A stretch of DNA of 63,449 nt, counting the filler, from Basidiobolus meristosporus CBS 931.73 (Eukaryota > Fungi > Basidiobolomycota), in NCBI GenBank assembly GCA_002104905.1. It is 3 parts of 3 records of this genome, joined end to end, with 100 filler letters (N's around TTAATTAATTAA, not from the genome) between each part and the next. Parts side by side here need not be neighbours in the genome. Positions count along the whole stretch, not along the records: positions 27,328 to 49,151 come from MCFE01000984.1; positions 49,252 to 63,449 come from MCFE01001186.1; 1 more part is not named here. One strand, 5' to 3'. The notes under the pieces are model-generated. The model saw only the letters and a program-made list of their open reading frames with translations. It searched no databases and was not told the origin of the DNA. Shown piece after piece: positions 47,479-57,306 of the stretch (position 1 is the stretch's first letter; the number at the start of each line of letters is the position of its first letter). Both the position numbers and the translations under genes were made by a program.

Positions 47479-47997
47479 TTAGGGGGAGGGAAAGTCACCA
47501 AGGTAGGTGAAATCTTTATTTGATTTCAGACAAGTCTAACTACAAATAAAGAAGCCAGCTGGGAATAGAAGATTCCCAAAGTAAACACTAAGTTGAATAT
47601 GAATAAATCTAAGCTAAAGTTAAGGCAGTATCCCAGAGTACACTGGAGTTCAGGTTCATGGGGGAGTGAAGTAGATAAGCTTGAGAGATATAATAATCTT
47701 TGAGGAAGTGGGTAACAGCAGGTGAAGGGGAGTTTTTGATAAGTGAAGTGAATCTTGAGAGCAGAGATTCCTCTAATGAGAAGGTCTTGTAAACTGGAGA
47801 ATCAGGAAACTCTTTAAAGGCATGGTCAGTAGGTTCCCAGTAAAGCTGGTCAGAGACATTTTGAGAGAACTCTTTAGCAATACTTTTGTCAAGTACTACC
47901 TCCAGAGTGTGATGGTTGATAAATCTCATGTTGACAATCTTGGATAAGTTGTAACCTTGTTGCTTGAGATACATCCTATGCTCAGAAATAGGAATAA
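47479..47997 (-). mobile_element. ORF1-only element (family B), copy 2
   Basis: PISEHRMYLKQQGYNLSKIVNM...LEVVLD...HFLKDY...LWDTA aligns to ORF1 PISNIRKALKACNIQLSRIVNL...LEVILD...YFLKNH...LWDSA. The stop at 47609 is ~130 bp from the tail. Confidence 0.8.
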
Positions 47998-48529
47998 GGG
48001 TTAGGGGGAGGAAAGTCACCAAGTGGTGAAATCTTTATTTACTTATGACAAGTATCTAAAGAAGCCAAGTTAATCTGAAGTAATTCCTAGAAAGCTAGGT
48101 CTGAGAGATATCTTCCTGGTAAGCCAGGTCTGAGAGTTGAGAAGCTGAGTGGTACTATATTTCCTAGTTAGCTAGGTCTGAGAGAGGTTTCCTGGAAAGC
48201 CAGGCCTGAGAAGTAAGAATCTGAATATATCTGAGCTAAGTTATACTGGTTTGCGGTAGCTGAATTGTGGCCGGAATGGCCAGTAGACTGGGGGAACTGA
48301 GATGAATTTCTGGGCGATCACTGGCCAAATTTACTAGGCAAATCTGACCAGTTAGCATTTCAAGGATTTCAGCCAATCAGAGCCTTTACTTTGCCCAATG
48401 GTTGATCAAGCCATCTCCCAATGAGCACACATCAATTTATTAATCAAATTTTGCTGGATCCAGGATTTGAACCCACAACCATGGGTATGGAAGGGTTAGG
48501 GATAACCACAAGGCTAAGTGTTCTTGGTT
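47998..48529 (-). mobile_element. SINE family D, full-length copy 2
   Basis: Same 5' end as copy 1. A-box 48506-48516, B-box 48463-48473. One extra internal repeat unit. Confidence 0.72.
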
Positions 48530-48547
48530 GGGTTAGGGGGATGATAA

Positions 48548-48629
48548 GGGTTAGGGGGGAGGGAAAGTCACCAAGGTAGGTGAAATCTTTATTTGATTTC
48601 AGACAAGTCTAACTACAAATAAAGAAGCC
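48548..48629 (-). mobile_element. Family B minimal 3' fragment (~80 bp)
   Basis: Tail through AAAGAAGCC, identical to the 47479 copy, then TTAGGGTTAGGG. Confidence 0.75.
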
Positions 48630-48938
48630 TTAGGGTTAGGGGGGAGGAAAGTCACCAAGTGGTGAAATCTTTATTTACTTATGACAAGTATCTAAAGAAG
48701 CCAAGTTAATCTGAAGCTATTCCTAGAAAGCTAGGTCTGAGAGATATCTTCCTGGTAAGCCAGGTCTGAGAGTTGAGAAGCTGAGTTGTACTATATTTCC
48801 TAGTTAGCTAGGTCTGAGAGTGGTTTCCTGGAAAGCCAGGCCTGAGAAGTGAGAATCTGAATATATCTGAGCTAAGTTATACTGGTTTGCGGTAGCTGAA
48901 TTGTGGCCGGAATGGCCAGTAGACTGGGGGAACTGAGA
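48630..48938 (-). mobile_element. SINE family D, 5'-truncated terminal copy
   Basis: Homology to copy 2 stops at GAACTGAGA, followed by GGAATAGGG and the telomere tract. Confidence 0.78.
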
Positions 48939-48947
48939 GGAATAGGG

Positions 48948-49151
48948 TTAGGGTTAGGGTTAGGGTTAGGGTTAGGGTTAGGGTTAGGGTTAGGGTTAGG
49001 GTTAGGGTTAGGGTTAGGGTTAGGGTTAGGGTTAGGGTTAGGGTTAGGGTTAGGGTTAGGGTTAGGGTTAGGGTTAGGGTTAGGGTTAGGGTTAGGGTTA
49101 GGGTTAGGGTTAGGGTTAGGGTTAGGGTTAGGGTTAGGGTTAGGGTTAGGG
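48948..49151 (+). repeat. Telomere (TTAGGG)34
   Basis: 204 bp of perfect TTAGGG at the contig end, G-strand running 5'->3' toward the end. Confidence 0.98.
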
Positions 49152-49251
49152 NNNNNNNNNNNNNNNNNNNNNNNNNNNNNNNNNNNNNNNNNNNNTTAAT
49201 TAATTAANNNNNNNNNNNNNNNNNNNNNNNNNNNNNNNNNNNNNNNNNNNN
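49152..49251. other. Artificial contig linker
   Basis: N44-TTAATTAATTAA-N44, with the 12-mer at 49196-49207. Confidence 0.97.
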
Positions 49252-50839
49252 TTCGGTACTTACTACTCCTGTATTTCTATCTTGAACAAGGTGCCTTTTT
49301 TTCGCTGAAACCCCCATCCCATCGAACCCATGCTAATCCCTGCTTTCTTTTTTCCAGGAAGGTCGTGCTGAGGTCATTGCTAACGAAGATGGTGATCGTA
49401 TGATTCCATCCATTGTTGCTTTTTCTGGCGACGAGGAATTCTGCGGTACCCCTGCTAAGCACCAAGAGCTTAGAAACGCTCAGAACACCGTCTCTGAATT
49501 CAGAAACGCTTTGGGTCAAGACCTCGCTGAGGTCCAAAAGATCTATGCTCAAACCGCTAGCAAAATCACCGAGAAGGACGGTGTTGCCGCCTTCGAAGTT
49601 AACTACAAGGATGCCGAAGCCAAGTTCACCGCCAAGGAAATCACTTCCAAGTTCTTCGTTACCTTGAAGCAAACCGCCGAGAACTACCTCGGTAAGACTG
49701 TTGATGGTGTTGTCATGGCCGTTCCCTCCTATTTCACTGAGAAGCAAAACGAGGAACTCAAGCAAGCCGTCGAAGCTGCTGGTCTTCATATCTTGCAATT
49801 GATTCACGAGCCCACTGCCGCTGCCCTTGCCTACAACCTTGGTCAAAATGCCTCCAGAAAGGACGCTGATGATAAGACCGTTCTTGTTGCTGATTTGGGT
49901 GGTCACAACCTTGACCTTACCCTTCTCGCTGCCAGAGGTGGTGTTTACACTGTTCTTGGTTCCGGTCAAGACCACGAGTTGGGTGGCAAGAACTTCGACG
50001 AGGCTTTGGTCAACCATTTCGCCGCTGAGTTCAAGCGTAAGAACAACATCGATATCTCCAGCAACAAGCGTGCTTTGAACAAGCTCAGAGCCGCCTGTGA
50101 GATCACCAAGCGCACCTTGTCCAGCGCTGCCTCTGCTCCTTGCTCCGTCGAGTCCTTGGCCGAGGGTCTTGACTTCCACTCCAACATCAACAGAATGAGA
50201 TTCGAGATGCTCTGCAACAAGTTGTTCAGCCAATTCTTGAACGCTGTCGAGAAGGTCTTGGAGGACAACAAGCTCCAAGCCAGCCAAATCGATGAGGTTC
50301 TCTTGGTTGGTGGCTCCACCCGTATCCCCAAGTTGCAACTCAAGCTCCGTGATGTCTTCCCTGAATCTACTGTTGTTCGTACTGATGTCGAGGCTGATGA
50401 GGCCATCGCTATTGGATGTGCTTTGCAAGCTCTTCTGATCTCATCCTTGGGTGATGACGAGTCTCACTACAAGTCCTACCTTGCTCCTGAAGTGACCAAC
50501 GCTCTCCACACCACCAAGGCTATTGGTCTTGTTCACGAGAAGGAGTTCTACCCCATCGTTTCCGCTGCCACCCCTCTTCCTCTCCACAGAAACGTCGAGC
50601 TCCCTACCTCTGTCGATGACCAAACCGAGGTGTATGTTGCTCTTTACGAGAAGGAGTCCTCCCAAGAGGCCGAGCCAGTCCTTTTGGCTGAACTTGTCCT
50701 CTCCGAGCTGCCTGCCGCCAAGGCTGGGGAGACCAAGGTTGAGCTTTTGATCCAAGTCGACGAGGCCGGCAAGGTTCAAGCCACCCTTCGTGAAAAGAAG
50801 TCCGGAAAGATTGCCCAAGCCGAGATCGCTGCCAACTAG
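49252..50839 (+). CDS. SSZ1: Atypical Hsp70 of the ribosome-associated complex, 5'-truncated; exons 49252-49290 and 49358-50839
   Basis: FGTYYSC...K|EGRAEVIANEDGDRMIPS across a 67-bp GT-AG intron (branch GCTAAT). Hsp70 NBD motifs, short SBD without lid or EEVD. Confidence 0.85.
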
Positions 50840-51637
50840 GCGGAGTGCATGTTTGTCAGCCACCCTGAATATCCCATCATAATGAAATTAAAAATGAGTT
50901 GAATTTTCAGTTGACGACCGATCATGTGACCTCTCCCACCTCTACAATTTCCATAGAGTAGATGTAACGCATTACTTCCATCCCTAGTTCTAGCTCAGCC
51001 TGAAACTATTTGTAAAGCATTAAAATTTAGTAATTTACACAGCATTCCATTCCATCCCATCAACTTCATTACCACCTGCTTATTGAGGAAAATTGCACTC
51101 AGGTAATATTTCAATTAATACTTGGGCCATTGACCTTGACAAAGTTGCCGTCATTTTTCTGTCAAATTGAAGGTGTTAATTCCAGATCCTTTGTTATATA
51201 AATAGACTAAACAGCGGCGATATTCAGGTAATCTCCAACGGGTTGGAAGTAGCGATCTTGATGCGAGTAGGATCCTTGATTCAATTAACAAATTAAAACC
51301 GTATAGTAACTCGTGTTGAAGCCTCGTTTAAGGCAAAATGTGAGGGTTCCCAACTGACACTTCAATTGGTCTATACTTGTTTATAGTATCCACATGTACG
51401 GGTTAAAGTCGACTGGTAGTGGGCTTTAATGCTGTGAGTGGCAGGTATATCTAATCACCTGATATCATTTCCTATTTGGGTGAGGCTGCTATGATAGGAT
51501 GTAGTTGAAATTTGGAAAAGCCAAGAACGCTGCCAAGACCTTCAAAAACTTCTAGTAAGGGATTTGGTTGTTTGACATACTCGAGGGAATTATCGCCTAT
51601 ATATAGCGCCTGCTCTAGTCATAATCCAGACTGCACA

Positions 51638-52627
51638 ATGTCCAAGCTACCATATAATAATGACCATGACACAACCAGCCCATCACAGTTCTCCTCCAAC
51701 CTTCCACCTCTTCCTTACACACAACAGATAGAACCGCGTACCTCGGGTTCTTCGTGTCCCATAAACCGTCCTCCAAATGCCTACTCCCACCTCCAGTATG
51801 GTGGCTCAACTTCTTCAGGTCAACCTTCTCATCAACTGAACCAACCCGCAGTCCACTCCAAAGAGGGCTCATATTCTTCCAGTGGTCAGGTCAACTATCC
51901 ACCACAACAAGCTGTGGTGAATGTGAGCAGCACGGGGATGAGTAGCGCCCAGGCGCGCTCAGTCCAATCGTCTGGAAGTCAAACCCCTGCTTGCTTTTCC
52001 AGACCGCCTCAAATACAAGGGTATGCCCTAGCACCTTTCCCCTCGTTCCGAGTTCCTTGTAATGGAAGAACGTTTCAGGATGGATTCCCACAATTCTATC
52101 CTCAGCCACAGCACCTGTCCGCCCGCGATATACATGAGGCAGACTGGCTTCAGTTCATGCAGGAGCTGTCGGATGAAGGTCGCTTAAAGGGAGGTCAAAA
52201 GGTGACTGCTTCCATTCTACCCATAGCAATGCATGTTGGGGCGACCGGGTTTCTGATCACTCGTGCAATTGAGAAAAGGATGAAGAAAGGGAATGTTGGC
52301 AAAGCAGCAGCCAAAATCGATATTTGGAACTACTGCTTTTTCAATGCTCGTGGGGTTAATATCTCCCTGTTCCAAGGACCAAGAAGAGTGAGTGGACCAT
52401 CCACTGGCTCCTCTTCCTCTTCCAGCAGCTCTTCAGAAGATGAAGATAGACATCCTGCTATGGGTATGAGCCGAGAATCAAGAAGAGCAGCCAAGGAAGC
52501 ACGAAGAGAGGATCGACGTCGTAGAAGAGAGCAGCGGCGCCATGACAAACAGAAGAGGAGAGAACTAAAGCGAGGGGAGAAGACTGATGAGCCGTACTAT
52601 CTACTTGTGGAAAGCCAACATCTTTAA
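51638..52627 (+). CDS. Uncharacterised fungal protein, 329 aa, copy 1
   Basis: ATG homologous to 60583, TATATATA ~35 bp upstream. P/S/Q-rich N-half, globular central domain (FP..Y...DW..F..EL...WN..FF.ARGV), S/R/K-rich tail. Confidence 0.75.
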   Translation: MSKLPYNNDHDTTSPSQFSSNLPPLPYTQQIEPRTSGSSCPINRPPNAYSHLQYGGSTSSGQPSHQLNQPAVHSKEGSYSSSGQVNYPPQQAVVNVSSTGMSSAQARSVQSSGSQTPACFSRPPQIQGYALAPFPSFRVPCNGRTFQDGFPQFYPQPQHLSARDIHEADWLQFMQELSDEGRLKGGQKVTASILPIAMHVGATGFLITRAIEKRMKKGNVGKAAAKIDIWNYCFFNARGVNISLFQGPRRVSGPSTGSSSSSSSSSEDEDRHPAMGMSRESRRAAKEARREDRRRRREQRRHDKQKRRELKRGEKTDEPYYLLVESQHL

Positions 52628-52977
52628 GCATAAATATTCCCTGCTGGCTACATGGAATTTGGTGATCCTCCTTGACAAAATAGTACAGTATCAATCAATA
52701 TTTATTGGATGTCCTTTCAATGAAACAAATCACGTGGATACGTAATAAATGAAAGCCAAGTATCGAGTTGACCAAAAGCCTATCAATCGGGCCATTGCTG
52801 CGGCTTGAATACGCTTTTTGCTACCAGTGAAAGTGCGATCCACATTCTGTAAACAAATGGGATGATTGTATCAACTCTTTCAATCCAGTCATCGATTCCA
52901 CATTAGCAGCGACCTCAGCCGGACCAACAGTGAAGGGGTAGATTTGTTGATGCTCTAAATTTACAAATCACTGTCTT

Positions 52978-53547
52978 CTAAACTTGCTTTAGCTTATGAA
53001 ATGTGAAGTACGGACAGTGGAGCTTCCAACCCCAGTCTGCAGTTCTTGAAACTTGCAATGGGGGGAGGTCTGGCAATATTATTGTATTGCCGACCTTCTC
53101 CCACTTCAGGGTGCCTGTGTTTTCCGAGTAAAACCCAAAGTTTGAGCGGAAGTGAGCAAGGATAGGGTCACATCTTTGTCGGGCTCCAACTTGAAGTATC
53201 CAGTCACCAACCACATCATTGACAGTGACACTAGTTCTCCGGCTTTCTTTCTTGGCTAGAGCGTAGCAGGATTTCCAGGTAGATTTGGCGGGAGGTGAAG
53301 AAGAGCTCGTTTCCTGGAGAGCATGAAGTATTTCTGCACCAGATAACTCAGTAGTCTTTACCCACAGCTTCTTCTCCTTCCAAGATATCCTACACAAGGT
53401 TTGCCACAAACCTTCAAGATTGGAAAGTTCTCGCCATGCATGTGAAACAAGGCAGCATTGGCATAAGTCAGCTGCATCGAAATATTCGAACACTTCAATG
53501 ATCAACTCTGGCGGAAGATGTATAGAGGTGGTCGGGGGGATGTGCAT
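52978..53547 (-). CDS. F-box protein, 189 aa
   Basis: LPPELIIEVFEYFDAADLCQCCLVSHAWRELS...LW F-box motif, TATATAA ~40 bp upstream. Confidence 0.85.
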   Translation of the reverse strand: MHIPPTTSIHLPPELIIEVFEYFDAADLCQCCLVSHAWRELSNLEGLWQTLCRISWKEKKLWVKTTELSGAEILHALQETSSSSPPAKSTWKSCYALAKKESRRTSVTVNDVVGDWILQVGARQRCDPILAHFRSNFGFYSENTGTLKWEKVGNTIILPDLPPLQVSRTADWGWKLHCPYFTFHKLKQV

Positions 53548-54073
53548 GTTCTCGCTTGATTAAAAGTTGGTGTGGAAAAGAGCGCTTATATAGGCTGGGC
53601 AAATTCTCTGCAATTTGGCCCAGACGGAAGGTGCATAAGTTGATACAACAGAAGGCACAGACACCAAGGGACACTTGCTAGAATTTGCCATCACATATTC
53701 CAATTGGTCTAGTGAATAGATCCCGTTCATCTGACTAGCTTTTCTATATCTTGGCTTCTAGAAACCCAGCTACGAGAATACCCGATGAGGCGATACAAGA
53801 AATTAATTGGCTTCACTGATTGTGTGACGAACTGAGTTATGTGTATGATTGGTTGCTACGTGCTTTCACCTATAGCTCCATCTTGATCGTTTTATCTGGT
53901 TGTCCACTCAGGCTTACCACATACTTCGATACTTGACTGGATTGAGTGTACAACCCCTTCACCCATCAGTCGCATCCCGGATGAACAACTTTACATAGTA
54001 TTCCTGAAACGCATACTTACTTGAGTGGCAATACTGACAAGCCCTTGGACACTATGCTAATCTAGATATTTGA

Positions 54074-54480
54074 GACTATCCTGAGTGGGAACTGGGTGTG
54101 CGTATCTTCCGCAATGAGGGCGAGTTCAAATATGATTCCAACCTGCTGGCCCCAATCAAGATAGTGCTCGCCTCTCAAGTATCCGTAGCCAGAAATGTAA
54201 AAATGGTCTTTGTGAGTATTGGACTAGTATATGCTGACTCTCATTGCTACACTTTGAACTGCAATGTCGATAACCTTTTCACTGAGACTGTACAGGCGAG
54301 TCTACATCCAAGCCATACCGTACCTAATAATACTCACAAGCAGGAGCTTATGCAAACAGAGATGAATGGGCTGAGTCAACTGCGAAGATTAGTCTGGCCA
54401 TCCGAGTGTGCATTAGTTCAAGAATGATTTGCGATGCTGTGCCCCACAAGCGGTTCATAATTGGACGGACGAAAGCTACA
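54074..54480 (+). pseudogene. Collapsed large-subunit catalase relic, copy 1
   Basis: [31 protein letters not shown]...KM|TLNCNVDNLFTETVQ versus catalase [31 protein letters not shown]...KM|[15 protein letters not shown]. Dead intron at the same position (54206-54250). Homology beyond ~54325 is patchy. Confidence 0.8.
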
Positions 54481-55101
54481 ATTACCATTTAGCGGTAGTA
54501 ATAATCGGTGGGCGTCTTGGATTACTGATATGGTCATGTCCATGGCTTTTTTACCCGAGTCCATATTTGGCATATTGTCCCGAAGGAGGGTGAGGTGAAT
54601 CTTAAACGAAATTGGTGTTCACTTCAAACGGACTAGAATTGGAATTTTTCTCTGATCGGTAGTGGTCGGAAAGGTTAGGCCATTTACATCATTGCCTAAT
54701 TTATCGCGAATCTTGGGTTCTAGATTTCTTCTGATGCTCAGCAACTGGGTCACTCTATTCCGTTTGCCCAGGGTCCAAAGTGTGAGAGCAGTGTTGTAGA
54801 GGGTGAGGCATGAGAGTAGCAGCTGGTACTAGCCTGAGAGATAGTGGATAGCTATCATGATGACTGTGATACTGAGCAGTTCACTTTTCGAGCCGATGGT
54901 GAATCTTCAATCACTAACTCCAGGATTCCCCGATAGTTCGATCTAGGTACCACCAGGACCCAAAGAAAATTCACCCACCATATATGGAAAGCGGGACATC
55001 CTAATTAATGATTGGAGTGTCCCGCAAGGCAAATCCCAGGTATAAATATCTCCATGACGCCTAACTTGCCAACCATCCACAACTACTACTCTACTACTAA
55101 A

Positions 55102-56565
55102 ATGCTTGGTCGCTCTACCAAAGAGGCAAAAACCTCCAATGACTCCTCACAGGCCGGATTCTCGTTCTATACTGTCATGTGTGTCTCAATCGCCTGCCTT
55201 GTCTCGTTCAACAATGGGTGGAACACTTCCGATACCAATATTATCCAATCATCCATCATCGAGTGTGAAAACCCTGACGAGAAATTCAATGGCTTTCCAA
55301 GTTGCTTCCCTATGGGTGACTGGCTTTGGGGCTTTGCAGTGAGCAGCTTCTCCATCGGCGGCGCTATCGGGGGGCTTTCGGCCGGGTGGTCTCAAGCGAA
55401 GTTCGGACGTCGCAACTCTCTTCTATTCAACAACATTTTCTTCATCGTCGGCGCCTTGCTTCTCGGACTCTCGAAGAACAAGGGGACTTGGATTGTCGGT
55501 CGTTTCTTTACCGGGATCGGCTCAGGATTCGGAACCGTTGTTCTGCCTACGTATATCGGTGAAGTCTCCACCACCAGAGTCCGAGGTGCGTACGGTGCTA
55601 TGACACAGCTTACCTGTGTGATTGGACAGTTGGTGACTCAGGCCGCCGGCCTCGGTCTGTCGAGCAGGGTGGGCTGGCGTATCTGCATGGCACTTACCGG
55701 AGCCATTGCCATTCTCCAACTGGTGACACTGTCCTTCATCACTGAAACGCCCCGCTACTACATTTCCAAGGATCGGATCGACGATGCCGAAAAGTCGTTA
55801 CTCAAGCTCCGCAAAGGAATGGATGTCACCAATGAACTCCAAACCATGGTGGACGCGCGTGCAGAGGCCAAGGTCAACGGAGAGCAGACATCAATCGTGG
55901 ACGGGTTCAAGTTCATCATGCGTGACTCGTTGACTCGTAAACATGCCTTCATGTGCATGTTCCTTTGCGTGATCCAGCAGCTTTGCGGCATCAACGGGAT
56001 CATGTACTATTCCACCTCGATCTTTACCTCCATCTACGGCAACAAAACCGCGCAGTATCTCACAGTTGGCGTCGGTGCTATCAACCTGTTGGCGACGATC
56101 GTCACTATCCTGCTGATTGATCGAGTTGGACGAAAGTTCCTTGTGCTACTCAGCCTTGCCGGGATGGCATCCTTCAATGTCCTGATGATCATTGGTATCG
56201 AGTGCGACGATTCAGGCCTTGTGATTCTGGGGTTGTTCGCGTTTGTTGTGTCATTTGCACTCGGTATGGGGCCCATTCCGTTCCTGATCATTTCGGAGCT
56301 TATCCCTACCCGAGCTGTCTCCACAGTTGCATCCAGTGCCCTCGGGCTCAACTGGCTGGGCAACTTTGTGATTGGGTTCTTCTTCCCATCGTTGAAGAAC
56401 ACCATGCACGGGTATGTGTTCTTGATCTTCGTGGGATGCTGTATTGCCGGGTTCGTCGGGGTCCTGTTCTTCTTACCTGAGACTAAGGGGCGTAGCATCG
56501 AGGAGATCACTGGCCACGGGAGTAACAGTGCGACTACCAACGAGCCCAAAATTAGCCAGCACTAA
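55102..56565 (+). CDS. MFS sugar porter (GLUT/SLC2-like), 487 aa, intronless
   Basis: FGRR, YIGE, ETPRY, QQLCGIN, DRVGRK, PETKG and ~12 hydrophobic segments. ATG 55102 is preferred over TTG 55012; TATAAATA at 55041. Confidence 0.93.
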   Translation: MLGRSTKEAKTSNDSSQAGFSFYTVMCVSIACLVSFNNGWNTSDTNIIQSSIIECENPDEKFNGFPSCFPMGDWLWGFAVSSFSIGGAIGGLSAGWSQAKFGRRNSLLFNNIFFIVGALLLGLSKNKGTWIVGRFFTGIGSGFGTVVLPTYIGEVSTTRVRGAYGAMTQLTCVIGQLVTQAAGLGLSSRVGWRICMALTGAIAILQLVTLSFITETPRYYISKDRIDDAEKSLLKLRKGMDVTNELQTMVDARAEAKVNGEQTSIVDGFKFIMRDSLTRKHAFMCMFLCVIQQLCGINGIMYYSTSIFTSIYGNKTAQYLTVGVGAINLLATIVTILLIDRVGRKFLVLLSLAGMASFNVLMIIGIECDDSGLVILGLFAFVVSFALGMGPIPFLIISELIPTRAVSTVASSALGLNWLGNFVIGFFFPSLKNTMHGYVFLIFVGCCIAGFVGVLFFLPETKGRSIEEITGHGSNSATTNEPKISQH

Positions 56566-57306
56566 GCTGACGAGCGAGATGTAAAGTTTAAGCAAAATAT
56601 GTATTATAACAAGAATAAATAGTTATCAACTTCACACGTGGATTTTGTGGCTCATAATGAACGTTGTTGGTTCCAAAGAATTGGATTCTAGCTTTGAACT
56701 TGTTGCTTTTTATGGCCGAAGATTCATTGTTCAGTAAGTAATCTTGAATTTGAAATTCTCCCATCAGAGTGGTTTCTACATTATTTCATGGGCCAACCGG
56801 TCACTTTACACAAATGTAAGAGTATTATTGAAAACTCCAGCACAGGCATGTATCGTACATGCTTAGGCTCATATTCGTAAACACTAAGCACACAATACCT
56901 AATTCAGTTTCTTGTCCTCGTTGAACTTCTGATAGCTATGCCAAGTAACAAACCATTCTGAAACCGAAACCGAAACTGCCACTATCTGAGCTAAATAATG
57001 CTTGTCAGTCGCACCGGATTTTTTGGGGATTATCACCCACGTGACCTAGGTATCTCTATCCAATGAAGTAGAGGCATTGCGTTACCTTCTTCTATGGCAC
57101 TGGTTCAGCCCTCAACTACTTCAAGATGACAAATCCCAATAGCTTACTTCCCACCAACTACCGACTTCGTCACCATAATCCCATCCTCATATCAACCCAC
57201 CAATGGAGAAAGATAGCACTGCATGAGCCCAGGATTTTCCGAACTATTTTCAGGGAAATAGCTAGTTGTCTTTTATTGACCGTGTTCATTGGCTTTCAGC
57301 TATATT

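Noticed and set aside
46973-48938. CRISPR-like repeat-spacer reading of the recurring ~45-bp motif
   Set aside because: Eukaryotic context, and the spacers are 80-3800-bp retroelement bodies.
48903-49199. Poly-(Gly-Leu) ORF
   Set aside because: Translation of the telomere tract.
49277-50428. 383-aa antisense ORF to SSZ1 and the antisense ORFs over hsp70 (35581-37584)
   Set aside because: Expected shadow of strong codon bias in highly expressed Hsp70 genes; no independent motifs.
35599-50839. Apparent Hsp70 gene cluster (SSA-type plus SSZ1)
   Set aside because: The genes are separated by a telomere and an artificial linker, so they are on different contigs.
51512-51637. N-terminal extension of the 371-aa ORF
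   Set aside because: TTG start upstream of the TATA box, and absent from the duplicate copy; the ATG at 51638 is preferred.
55102-56565. Intronless, GC-richer sugar porter as a retrocopy or horizontal transfer
   Set aside because: Other native genes here are also intronless; no poly(A) or TSD, and no phylogeny is available.
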